A stretch of DNA of 64,000 bases, from assembly GCF_009914755.1 (NCBI RefSeq), contig NC_060940.1. One strand, 5' to 3'. The position numbers and the translations under genes were made by a program. Numbering within the stretch: the first letter of the stretch is position 1; the number at the start of each line of letters is the position of its first letter. Below the pieces are notes generated by a model, which saw nothing but the letters and a program-made list of their open reading frames with translations, made no database searches and had not been told where the DNA came from. The DNA comes from the human T2T-CHM13v2.0 reference genome, Homo sapiens. Below, piece by piece: positions 38,121 through 59,397 of the stretch.

Positions 38121-38211
38121 TTTACATTTTGTGAGTAAGAAAACTGAAATATAAGGTTGCGTTACTTATTCAAGGCTATCCTGAGATTAAGCAGCAATGC
38201 TATAGAGAACC

Positions 38212-39170
<959 letters not shown>

Positions 39171-39439
39171 CCACATCCAAATCTCAGGCTTAATGCAGGG
39201 TTCTGGAGTACTAAACTAGAAAGGGTACCTTTAAATTTCCTTGCTCTGGGTAGAATCTGGGGCAGACCAGCTAATGAAGAACAAGTAGAAACTGCCACTT
39301 ACATATAGTAATCTGAACACATGCTTTATTCCAGTCCTGCCAAAACCCTACTAAATAGTGGCAAATAAATTTAAAAAGATGAAACTACACAAGGATAATG
39401 AGAAGAAGTATAACAGAAAAGGGATGCCAACAGAATTTT

Positions 39440-41510
<2,071 letters not shown>

Positions 41511-41689
41511 GATTCACATCAAGGCAAATCACTGTGAAGTTTCAGAATGCTGGTGATAGAGAAGATGAAATCAAATGGCCTAAGTGATAGCTTAAGGAAA
41601 AGTAGCCTCTAGGTAATGCATGTTTGGTTTTGTTTTTTACTACCTTCATGGAAATGACAAGCCTGGAGTCACCTGAGACAATTAGGTCA

Positions 41690-41870
41690 ACATTTGCTGA
41701 AAAGCAACCTAGATCCAAGCACTTTTAGATGTTGAACATATAAAAAAAATATGGCATGGCCTTTGCTCTTAAGGAGCTCACAGTTCAGCAGAACAGCCAA
41801 CCATGAAAGCAAGTCATTGTAATACATGATATATAGTAAGTGGCATAAAAGCAGCATGGAAAAAGTATAA
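41690..41870 (-). mobile_element. L2 fragment
   Basis: caacatttgctg...ctttgctcttaaggagctcacagttc...gtaagtggcataa. Confidence 0.6.
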
Positions 41871-43099
41871 ACTGTGGGAGTATCTCTCATAATTTCTTAG
41901 TGCCAAAGTCCTATCTATATTCACTAGGAAACACTGGTATATTTATCTCAGGAACTTTAGTAATTGACACCAAGTAATATTACAGATTACTCTTCATTGA
42001 CAGTATGCCTAGAACAACTCCACTTTTAACAAGCAATAAGGGATTCAAGTATCAAAATATCTTCAAGCAGGAGAACAGTTAAATTATAGACCACCTCTAA
42101 CGCACAAGAGGGAACTCTGACAGGAAAAGGCCTATTATTAGTAATAGTTAATTCAAGTGTTCTCAACAGAAATTCCATTTTAACTTTATTTTCACTTGCT
42201 CAGAACTTCCTGAAAGTCTTTATTTGGGCAGAAACTTTCCATGACTGGCTTTTTCCAAAAGGTGAATCATTTAGGAAAGTCTGAGCTAACTGGCTCAGCT
42301 GGTTATGTGATAGGGCAGAATACAAAATACTATATTCCCCCATTCCCCTAGGTTAATAAGCTAAACATTTTTCAAGTAGGGACAAAAACAAAATGAAATG
42401 ATCAAAGCCCAAAATTTAACATTAAAATACAGTTAGAAAACTGAAGACTAACTTTGTGCTAACACTACCTTACACTTAGACCTACAAATTCCTTCCTGTC
42501 ATCACCAGCTCTTCTCACATTTCTTGAAGATGTAGTAATGCTCTTAACTTGACACAGAGAGAAAAAGGAGAATAATGACATGAAGAAATTAAAAGATATG
42601 CTCAAATCCATACAACAAATTTGTATCTGTTATCAATGAAAATTCAGATCTCGTAAGTCCCCTTATGAGAATTCCTTATAATGCCTAAATTTAAGTATAA
42701 ATAATTTAAGTTTAAAAAAATCCTGTCAACATGCCCACTATTAACAGGGTTTTTGTTTTCTTTAGGGGAAGGGAGTTACAGAACTTTCACTTTTCATGTT
42801 ATATATATTATATATCTCTGTAACATGATTTTTAAAGTAATAAGCATGTATCATTTTGAAATATAAAATGTATGTGACAGTATGTAATTCATATGAAAAA
42901 AGGGCTTCCATACTCATTTCTTTGTTTTGTTTTTTATAGACATGGTGCTGCCCTCTTCTGACAAATTGAGAAAACAGCAGACGCCCTGAATACCCATCAA
43001 GGACATTTAAAATTACCATCCACTTGTTTTCAAAAATGAAATAGGAAATTTGCAGCACACAACTATAATAGTATTTACTAACAAGTCCACAACACTTAA

Positions 43100-44410
<1,311 letters not shown>

Positions 44411-44419
44411 GCAAAGGTA

Positions 44420-44870
44420 CTGTCTTAAGATACTGGTGGCCTAACTTATCCCCATCAATGTTGAGTCTCTTGATGGATGAGAAGCACCATCAATGTAGTA
44501 TTTTTGTCTAACATAATTAATGTGAAGCTCATCATAAACAATGCAGCAATCCAAATTGAGGGACATTATGCAATACAAATGGCCTGGACTCTTAAAAAAA
44601 AAAAAGCTTAAAACCAATGCTGTGAAATACAGAAAAGGCATGAAAAACAGTTCTAAGTACAAGGAGTTTAAAAAGACCAAATGCAAAATCAACAGCAACA
44701 ACAAAAGACCAATTATGGTTTTCATCTTAGATTGGATCTTAGAGGTGGCTCCGTAGCACAATGGATAGCGCGCTGGACTTCTAGACTGGATTTTAGATTG
44801 AACAAGAAATACAGCTATAAAGTACATTATTGGGATAACTGGGGAAAAACTGAATGGAATCATTTGTATA
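44420..44870 (+). mobile_element. L1ME-type 3' UTR relic hosting the tRNA fragment
   Basis: atccaaattgagggacatt...aaatggcctggactctt...cagctataaagtacattattgggataactggggaaa. Confidence 0.6.
44747..44783 (+). pseudogene. Tailless retropseudogene of the tRNA-Arg(TCT) 5' half
   Basis: GGCTCCGTAGCACAATGGATAGCGCGCTGGACTTCTA gives the acceptor 5' strand, D-arm with A-box and anticodon TCT (44780-44782). Flanking direct repeats are agattggatcttaga (44729-44743) and agactggattttaga (44783-44797). No 3' half and no poly-A. Confidence 0.85.
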
Positions 44871-45234
44871 TAGTGCTATTCAAGTTTTGACTGCAAAACT
44901 ACCTGTTATTGGTCCAAGATGAGATGGGCACAGAAATTGTGAGTATTTAGAAACTTGTTCAGCAATTTGACAATGTCACAATACTCAAGACATGAGCAGT
45001 GGGCCCTTCCATTAAACAGAGTATAAATTCAGTTAGGCCAGATTTGCAAGGTGAGTCACATGTGATATGAATTATCAGTCACACGCAGTAGGACATTACA
45101 ATGTGTGTGATACTTCAGAATTATCTTGTCAACTAAAGCCCAAAAATGTAATAAAATGTAAGCATTTATTTTTATATCTTATTTTTACAATCATTTTAAT
45201 TGTTACTCAATTGTAATTTTTAAAATTTATACAG

Positions 45235-49125
<3,891 letters not shown>

Positions 49126-49489
49126 TAATTACAAAATTCTTTTCTTTTTCCTGTCTGCGGTTCATTTTGACCACAAGCATTGAAATGTGATGTTATGTCT
49201 ATTAAATCTTTTTTTACCCCACACCTGTCGATAGAGGTTAAAAGGCCCACACTTGGAAGGGGCAGGTGGCCCCAGTTATACACACACACAGTGCTGTGGT
49301 GCTGCAGCCTGAGCCCCGCCGCCACAAAGAGAGGCAGTAGGGTATCTGTCGAATCTTAGTAAAAATTTAGTTATCTTTTATATTTGTTTTTCTAGTAATT
49401 CCTTTTTATTGTGTTTTTAGAAAAGTACTGGTCTGCTATAGATTGAAAATTTTAAGTTGGGGTCCTTCACTATAGATAGTAATCTGCTC

Positions 49490-49800
49490 TAACATTAACT
49501 TTACTGAATATGAGAGTTATATCGTGCTACAATGGAGAATGCCCTTGGTCGTAGGAGACACGTGCTAAAGTATTAAAGGCTGATGTGTCACAATGTCTAC
49601 AAGTAATTCTCAAATGGTTCAGCCAAAACAAAAGAAAAACCCAGATATAGATGGTGAGAGAGAGGCAATACATTAACCAGTGGTGAATCTGGATCATAGG
49701 TATGTAGGTGTTTGTTGTAATACTATTCTTGCAACATTTCTATAAGTGTGACATTTTTCAGAAGAAGAAGTTAGAGAGAAAATTTTAATAATAAAAAGTT
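49490..49800 (+). mobile_element. L1ME 3' UTR relic
   Basis: ggagaatgcccttggtcgtaggag...gtggtgaatctgg...tattcttgcaacatttcta. Confidence 0.6.
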
Positions 49801-49830
49801 TTGTTCCACACCATTTGTAAAAGTGATAAT

Positions 49831-51338
<1,508 letters not shown>

Positions 51339-51707
51339 TCAATTATTATCTGATTTCTGAGACTTCAATGGGGCTCATATTGCAGTCAAGGAGAGTAATA
51401 AAGGGAGACATGACTTACCAAAAGTCACAAAACATGGCAATGATCAAGTGGAACAAAATACTTAACTCATATTCCCTTGCTTCTGTTCAGCTGAGCACTT
51501 CGTAAAGCTCAAAAACTACACTGCTATATGTGAAAGGACCTTTCTCATACTCCCTGGTAATTTATAGAGCCAGTTTTCCTTGAGTTCAAATATAACTCTC
51601 CCAAAATATTATGATGGATTGAAAAGAGGATAGATGGCTAACACCAGTTAGAGAGAGACACTCATTTTTGAAAATGCTAGTTTCAAAGTTTTTGAAGGTT
51701 CTCTTAC

Positions 51708-51835
51708 CTTACTTCTTCACCAGCAAAATCAAACACCTTGGTGATTTTAACTTTTTCTGTTTCTTTAGGTTTCTCTAGCTCTTCTGCTTTTACCAACAAT
51801 TTACTTGAACTTGTCTCTTCAGTCTCCTCTCCTTT
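51708..51835 (-). CDS. CFDP1: CFDP1 coding exon 4 (128 bp)
   Basis: Acceptor ttttatag|AAAGGA, donor GTAAG|gtaaga. Encodes KGEETEETSSSKLLVKAEELEKPKETEKVKITKVFDFAGEEV(R). Phase 0 to phase 2. Confidence 0.97.
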
Positions 51836-51897
51836 CTATAAAAAAAACAAGAAATGTAATGTTTCACCAAAAGATGAACCATATTGTTTATAGATAC

Positions 51898-52201
51898 TTT
51901 TTATTTTTTTTTCTTTGAGATAGCGTCTCACTCTGTAGCCCAAGCTGGAGTGCAGTAACACAATCTTGGCTCACTGCAACCTCCCCACCTCCCAGGTTAA
52001 AGCGATTCTCCTTGCTTCAGCGTCCAAAGTAGCTGGGATTACAGGCAACCGCCACCACACCCAGCTAATTTTTGTATTTTTAGTAGAGACAGGATTTCGC
52101 CATGTTGGCCAGGCTGGTCTCGAACTCCTGACCTCAAATGATCCACCTGCCTCAGCCTCCCAAAGTGCAGGGATTGTTGGTGTGTGGCACTGCAGTCAGC
52201 C
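51898..52201 (-). mobile_element. AluS in CFDP1 intron 3
   Basis: Full dimer. TSD-like tatag(a/c)tact. Confidence 0.9.
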
Positions 52202-52417
52202 TATAGCTACTCTTAAATGTTTCATCTCTAACCAGTTAAAGGCCTATTGGAAACTTACATGATTAGAGAAGCTTATTCTCCTACCACAGGAAATGCTTTG
52301 CTTTTCACTTAGTACAATTGTTATCAAAAGGCATCTGGTCGATTTCCGTAGGCTTCAAATCTCAGTAATGTAGGGTATTTCTGGAGAGGCATTCACCTCA
52401 CTAATGTCTCAACTTAC

Positions 52418-52637
52418 CTTAACTTGTGTACTTGGGGGCACTTTTGATTTTGGTCCCACATCATTGAGGAAGCTGGCCCAGAGTTCGTCCTCCTTCTTTT
52501 TCCTGGCATCCTCTGATCCAATGCCTTTTTCCTGCTCTGCAGCGTCATCTTCCTCCTCACTACTGCTTCCCTCAGATTCTGAATTGGCATCCTCCTCTTC
52601 CTCTTCTTCTAATGAGAGGCCACCTTGTCTTCTCTTC
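52418..52637 (-). CDS. CFDP1: CFDP1 coding exon 3 (220 bp), acidic Glu/Ser-rich region
   Basis: Acceptor gattag|GAAGAG, donor TTAAG|gtaagt. Encodes (R)KRRQGGLSLEEEEEEDANSESEGSSSEEEDDAAEQEKGIGSEDARKKKEDELWASFLNDVGPKSKVPPSTQVK, matching ORF 52409-52645. Phase 2 to phase 0. Confidence 0.97.
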
Positions 52638-53169
52638 CTAATCACCAGCAGTCACAGGAAAAAGGAAAGACAGCACAAAACGATTTCAGTTATCCCTCTC
52701 CCAATCCCAAAGGTAATCTTATAAACCCAAGAACACTTTAAATTCTGGGACTACTGGTTAATATACTGAAGTGAGTAGAAGAGTTAAGCTGAAATTTTAT
52801 AGAAGAAAAAAAAAGAATTGAAAAAAAAAAAAACTGAGCTCTTAGTGCTAACTTTTCTCCAATCACTTAAAATCAAAGTATAGCGTTCTCCTTCTAAATC
52901 AGGACCAGCTGTTTTCACAAAGAAAACATCCAAATCACCTAATCACAGAATTAATCTATCCAGAAAGAATATTCTAAGAACATATTATATGTGCCAGACA
53001 TTGTTGACTTTTTAAAGCTACTCCATTTGTAGAACAAGTTCTATTTAGAAGAGCCTCAACTTTATTTGCACTATTTCTTCCAAGAGTTCTCAAGGAAAAA
53101 GAAAAAAATCCATGTTTCTTCCCACTTTCGGAAGAACTGAGAGCTGGAACATAGAAAAATTCAAGGACA

Positions 53170-53452
53170 GGCCAGGCGCAGTGGCTCACACCTGTAATCC
53201 CAGCACTCTGGGAGGCCGAGGCCCACACAGAGATTCCACTACCTTTTTTCTCTTTTACTTCATATAAACTTTCATCACAACAAGATGAGAAAATTAGCCG
53301 GGCATGTTGGTGGGTGCCTATAATCCAGCCACTCGGAGGCTGAGGCAAGGAACTGAACCCAGGAGGCGGAGGTTGCAGTGAGCAGAGATCACGCCACTGC
53401 ACTCCAGCCTGGGCAACAGGGCGAGACTCTGTCTCAAAAAAAAAAAAAAAAA
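53170..53452 (+). mobile_element. Alu with left-arm core replaced by locally templated DNA
   Basis: TSD aaaaattcaaggaca on both sides. Non-Alu insert at 53221-53290. Confidence 0.9.
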
Positions 53453-53749
53453 AAAAATTCAAGGACAAAAAAACTGGGCCCAAGACTTATAAGAGTATAT
53501 TGCTTCTTAGACTATTTTGACTTTAGGTGAATCAATCTAATATCTACATTCTTTTTTCTTTTTCATAAATGATAATCTGCTTTTTGCTTCAATGCCCAGG
53601 AAGACAGAAACACCCAAGTGAGGTAAAAGACTTCTATGGAAGATGCCCTTATCTAAGTTAAATAACCTGTCAGAATTTTCATAATTTTCATGGGAAAAGA
53701 AGCCCATACCAGGCCTATGCCAGGCAATGGGCTAATATCTGTATTTTTA

Positions 53750-54270
53750 AAATTTAATTGCATATATAACCTTAGATCAAACAATTCCACTTCTAAATGT
53801 TACATTTACAGATATATTTATACATGTATACATTATATACATTTATATATTTATGTATACTTTGTATACATGTATACAAAGAATATTCACTGCACTCTTC
53901 TTTGTTGTAGTAAAGACTAGATACAATCTAAACATCCCTCGATACAGGAAAGCCTAAATAAAGTAAGGCCTATTCACATAACGTAATACTATGAAAAGGA
54001 GGAGATACTGCCATGGTACTATCTCCAAGATGTGAAATAAAGAGAAATGAAAATGAGAAAGTGAGTATGCTACTATTTATATTTTTTTTCTAAAAAAAAA
54101 ATGAAGAAAATATAGACATATATGCATTTGCATGCACAGACTATCTCTGGTAGCATAGTTCTTCAGAGGCAAAGCAACAAGGTCTAGGAATAGGGTAAAC
54201 ATCTTTTCAGGGACTGAATTTTCTGTTCTAACCATATGTACATATTACCTATTAATATTTTCTTTACATT
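53750..54270 (+). mobile_element. L1ME relic with TA-rich low-complexity sequence
   Basis: caattccacttcta, aagaatattcactgca, atctccaagat. Confidence 0.5.
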
Positions 54271-54458
54271 AAAGCTCAAAATGTTTAAAGCTTTCCAGAG
54301 ACCAAGAAGTTAATCCTAAAATAACAGCAAATGTTTCCCTCAAAGAGAAAAGGGTTAGAAACTCTGGCTTCATTAAATCTATCATGAGACCAATCTTAGC
54401 AATCAGGATGGTTGTGACAATAGCCCCTAACTTCTAAGGGCCTTGAAGGCAGCATCAC

Positions 54459-54576
54459 CTGGCTGGAATGCTCTGGGCCTTTCTTTTTTTCCCTTGGGTT
54501 TTCTGTGTCTGCTCTTCACCATCCACTTCATCTTCCTTCACTAATTCATTTACATCATCTTCACTATACTCTCCAC
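54459..54576 (-). CDS. CFDP1: CFDP1 coding exon 2 (118 bp)
   Basis: Acceptor tttcag|GTGGAG, donor CCAG|gtgatg. Encodes (G)GEYSEDDVNELVKEDEVDGEEQTQKTQGKKRKAQSIPA(R). Phase 1 to phase 2. Confidence 0.96.
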
Positions 54577-55229
54577 CTGAAATCACATAACAGGGTGATC
54601 AGACAGGAATAAAGGTTTTCACATCAAGATGAGACATTTTCGTTAATACAAGCTTTCACACCGAGACATTTTCATTAAGAAAAAGTGAATTTTCCCCTAC
54701 TCTTCACCTAACGAAAACATCATTTCCTTGGGGAAGTCTTCTCTGCCCCTGAAGACTACCCTACGTTCTTCTATCGTAGGCTTCCATGGCAGTCTCTATT
54801 TCCCCTCCAAAACTCATCCCACTTATATTTAATGTTGGTAATTTCTGCTGTGCTGTATACTCCAAGAGGACATAAACCCTGTTCATTGTGACTTTTAAGT
54901 ATTTACTAAATGAATGAGTGAATGAACAGAAATTTCAATTCTACTAATGTGTTTCTCAAAGAAGAAACTGATGCACTACCTCATCTTGGGTATCTTTCAA
55001 ATCTAATTTAAAAAACACTTTGTCTTCTCAATAAAAGAAGTTTAAAAGGAAACCTAAAGACTTCCAGTTAAACATAGCAGAAAGAACAAACACACCCATG
55101 TCCCATTGTCAGACACTGACATTCAAGGGTCCCCAACAAAAGAGTGTTGCTTGGATGTGTGACCACATGCTGTGGGTACCAGTCAATAAACCAACCCTGC
55201 CCACACAGAGATTCCACTACCTTTTTCCT

Positions 55230-55735
55230 CTTTTACTTCATATAAACTTTCAATTGAAGTGTACATACCAAAAAGCACACAAATCTAATATACAGTTCAA
55301 TGGAATGACACACAGTGAACACACTTGCATAACCAGGGCCCCAGCTCGAGGAACTGAACATTAGCAGCATCCCAGAAGGCCCCCTGTGCTCCCTTCCAGT
55401 CACTAACAACTGCCCTACCCCTAAAGGGAACCAATATCCTGACTTCTAAAGTCACGGGTTAGTTTTGCCTGCTTTTCAACTTTCAACAGAAGCCTGCAGT
55501 GTGTACTCTTCTGTGTCTGGCTTCTTTTATTCAACATTATGTTTGTGAGAGTCACCCACATTGTTGCAGTGTAGCTGTAGTTTATTCATTCTCACTCCTG
55601 AACAGTAAATAGTGTGTCATTGTATGACTATACCATAATCCGTTTATTCATTCTACTGCTGATGCACAACTAGGTTGTTTCCAATTTGGAGTCATTACAA
55701 ACAGTACTGTTGTGATACTCCTGTGCATCCAATCA
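55230..55735 (-). mobile_element. L1MB/L1ME 3' region (sense to CFDP1)
   Basis: ttagttttgcctg...tgtgtctggcttctttt...tttattcattctactgctgatg...ggttgtttcca. Confidence 0.75.
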
Positions 55736-55737
55736 GC

Positions 55738-58700
55738 TTTATTTATTTATTGAGACGGAGTCTTGCTCTGTCACCCAGGCTGGAGTGCAGTGGCGCGATC
55801 TTGGCTCACTACAACCTCTGCCTCCCAAGTTCAAGCGATTCTCCTGCCTTGGCCTCCTGAGTAGCTGACATTACAGAAGTGTGCCACCACACCCAGCTGA
55901 TTTTTATACTTTTAGTAGAGATGGGGTTTTATCATGTTGGCCAGGCTGGTTTTGAATTCTGACCTCAGGTGATCCAGCCGCCTTGGCCTCCCAAAGTGCT
56001 GCGATTACAGACAGGAGCCACTGCACACGGCCTCCAATCAGCTTTTAAATACTTCACTTATAATGTACCAAGGACCACCAAACACTTGAGAAAAGCCTCC
56101 AATATGAAAGGCAAGATTCAAGACAAACAGAAAGGAATTCAGAGGAAACAAAATTAGTGCAGAAAGAGGGGATGGGGAGGGGGACAGATTAAAAACTTAA
56201 GGAAAAAGGATTTGTAATTAATATCCTGAAAGAGGTAAGAGAAACTGTGGCATCCATGGAATAAAAATAAGACTTTTAAAATAATTCAGAAAAATGAAAC
56301 AAACAAAAAAGCTCGTAAAAACTAAAACAATGATAAAAGAGATTTAAAAAAAAAAAAAAAGGTAAACCAGTGGCTCACGCCTATAATCTCAGCCCTTTGG
56401 GAGGCCGAGGCAGGTGGTTCGCCTGAGCCCAGGAGTTGAAGACCAGCCTGGGCAACTGTGAAACCCTGTCTCTACAAAAAAATACAAAAATTAGCTGGGC
56501 TTGGTGGTACACACCTCTAGTCTAAGCTGAGGCAGAAAGATCACTTGAGCCTGGGAGGTCAAAGCTAGAGTGAGCCAAGATCACACCACTGCACTCCAGC
56601 CTGGGTAATAGAGCAAGACCCTGTCTCAAAAAAATAAATACATAAATTAAAAAATTTTTTAAAGGCGATGAGAAGGAGCCAGCTGTGTGAAAATCTGGAG
56701 AATAAGCATTTGAGGCTGAGGTGGAAACAATAAAGCCCAATATCCAAAATGGAATTCTGTTTGACATCCCAAACACCAAGGGCTAAGTGACAGTGTTTCA
56801 TGAAGAGAGCAGTGAGTTCCTGCTTAAGACAGCAATCTGAACATAGAAATGTAATTTTACTTCCTCCTGAACCTAGTGAGACCCCATATCTAAAAAAAAA
56901 TTTTAAACATTAGCCAGGCATGGTGGAGAATGCCTATGGTCCCAGCTGCTTGGGAGGCTAAGGGGAGGATCACTTGAACCCAGGAGGTCAAGGCTGAAGT
57001 GAGCCATGAACACGCTACTGCATTCCAGCCTGGGTGACAGTGAGACCCTGTCTCAAAAACAAAAACAAAAACAAATACCACCCCAAAATACAAAGAAACA
57101 CAAATGTATTTACCTTTTTATCCAGCAGTCCCACTTCTATCCCAGAATATATAATAGGTTATTCACTCAGTACTGTTTGTAATAACAAAAAATTAGAAAC
57201 AACTCAAGTTGTCTCACAGTAAGTGACTGGCTGAAAATGCTATGGTCCATCTAAATAATGGAATACCACAGTCATTACAATGCAATGTGTAAAATTTCTA
57301 TGTATTTACCTCCAAGATATACTCTTAAGTTAAACAGAAAAAAAAGGAGAGGAAAAGCAAAAGAACAGTGTATGAAATATGCCAGCTCTGGATGAGGAAA
57401 AAGGAAGAATTAAGAATATGCTTATATTTGTTTGTATATGGAAAAAGCAACACTAGAAGGATAAACAAGAAACTAATGAAAACAGCTCCTTATAAGGGTC
57501 AGGATAAAACAGAGTAGAAGCAAGAGTTCACTGTGTTTATCTCTCTACAGAACTTTGAAAATCTCTTAAATTCAAAAGTTTGAATAAATAAACATAACTG
57601 TATACCAAAATGATAACATAACCACATAAACAAAAGATCTATTCCCAGGACTTTAAAAACAGTATTCTGACTATACATCTTCATCAAGATGCATTCCAAA
57701 GACAAAAAAAAAAAAGTTCTACTCTGTGTAGTAACATCAATGCTGATATTTTGAAACTATTTCCTTTATATCATAGGTTAAAGCAAGTAATTAATCACGT
57801 TAGGAATCTAGATCTTCAGAATAAGAGAAATGACACAATTATAAAATCAAAGAAATTGGCTGGGAGCGGTGGCTCATGTCTGTAATCCCAGCACTTTGGG
57901 AGGCTGAGGTGGGTGTATCACCTGAGGCCAGGAGTTCGAGACCAGTCTGGCCAACACAGTGAAACCCCATCTCTACTAAAAATACAAAATTAGCTGGGTG
58001 TGGTGATGCATGCCTGTAATACCAGCTACTCAGGGAGCTGAGGCAGGAGAATTGCTTGAACCTGGGGGGCGGAGGTTGCGATGAGCTGAGATACACCACT
58101 GCACTCCAGCCTGGGCAACAAGAGTGAAACTCTGTCTCAAAAAAAAAAAAAAAAAAAAAAGAATTAAGAATATCAATATGAACTCTAACCCTTTTTTTTT
58201 TTTTTGAGACGCAGTCTCGCTCTGTCGCCCAGGCTAGAGTGCAGTGGCACGATCTCGGCTCACTGCAAGCTCCGCCTCCCGGGTTTTACGCCATTCTCCT
58301 GCCTCAGCCTCCCGTGTAGGTGGGACTACAGGCGTGCACCACCTATGCCTGGCTAATTTTTTTTGTATTTTTAGTAGAGATGGGGTTTCACCATGTTAGC
58401 CAAGATGGTCTCGATCTCCTGACCTTGTGATCCGCCGACCTCGGCCTCCCAAAGTGCTGGGATTACAGGCGTGAGCCAACGCGCCCGGCTAACCCTTTTT
58501 AAGTATTTCCTAGTTTTGTCCACTACACAAACGGCATATAAACTACATCATTCTGGTAACATCAAGCATCTCTAAAGTTCAAAGTTGAGACCATTTACCA
58601 CAAAAAGGCTCCCTAAAAAAAAAAAAAAAACTCATTTCAGGTCTGAGGCAAAGAAAGCACAAGGTAAAACCAGGACATTTTTCTGTGCCAGGAAGTCAGG

Positions 58701-59010
58701 AAGCTATTTAAAAATAACAGATCAAGGCCAGGTGCAGTGGCTCATGCCTGTAATCCTACCACTTTAGGAGGCCAAGGTGGGTGAGTATGGGGGGGAATGC
58801 TTGAGCCCATGAGTTCGAGACCAGCCTGGGCAACAGAGCAAGAGCCTGTTTCTATAAAAGATTTTTAAAAAATTAGTCAGGCATGGTGGCACGCACCTGT
58901 AGTTCCATCTACTGGGGAGGCTGAGGCAGGAGGATCACTTGAGCCCAGGAATTGAAGGCTACAGTAAGCAGGACGCCGACTCATAAAAAATAAATAATAA
59001 TAAAAAAAGA
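55738..59010. mobile_element. Alus (minus 55738-56033; plus 56365-56640, 56875-57075, 57858-58160; minus AluY 58192-58489; plus 58727-59010) within L1M relics
   Basis: Alu motifs. TSD taacccttttt around the AluY. Confidence 0.88.
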
Positions 59011-59397
59011 TCAAATTAAAAGGATACAAGATCCAGCCTGAAAGAGCTCCTACTGGCCAAAGCAGTGAAGACCTGAACATTAAAACAGGTAATTGTTAGA
59101 AAATGAAAACACACTGAATAAAAATCTGTGAGCCCCTCATGATATTAAAAAGACAGAAAAAAAAATTTGTACCATTTTAGACTGCTATTTAAAATTACTA
59201 CCTATTTTGAAAATTGAGGGAAAAGAATTAAATATTTATATTGTTCCAATTGATAAAGGAAAGCTATACTTTACAGAAAAATGTCAACCAATAAATACAG
59301 AAGAACCACAGAATTAGAAAGACATCACTTCTCAAACTCTAATGACAGTAGTAGTTTAGGCAAGGGTTATTAAGTAATGCCAAAAAGCAATTTAAGA

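Noticed and set aside
44747-44783. Functional tRNA-Arg gene
   Set aside because: It has no 3' half, T-loop/B-box or terminator, so it is reported as a pseudogene fragment.
52409-52645. ORF as a stand-alone 78-aa protein
   Set aside because: It is exon 3 plus a few intronic codons. Splice sites define the true limits as 52418-52637.
52404-52724. Plus-strand Ser-rich 106-aa ORF
   Set aside because: It is the antisense shadow of the Glu-rich CFDP1 exon 3, with no independent support.
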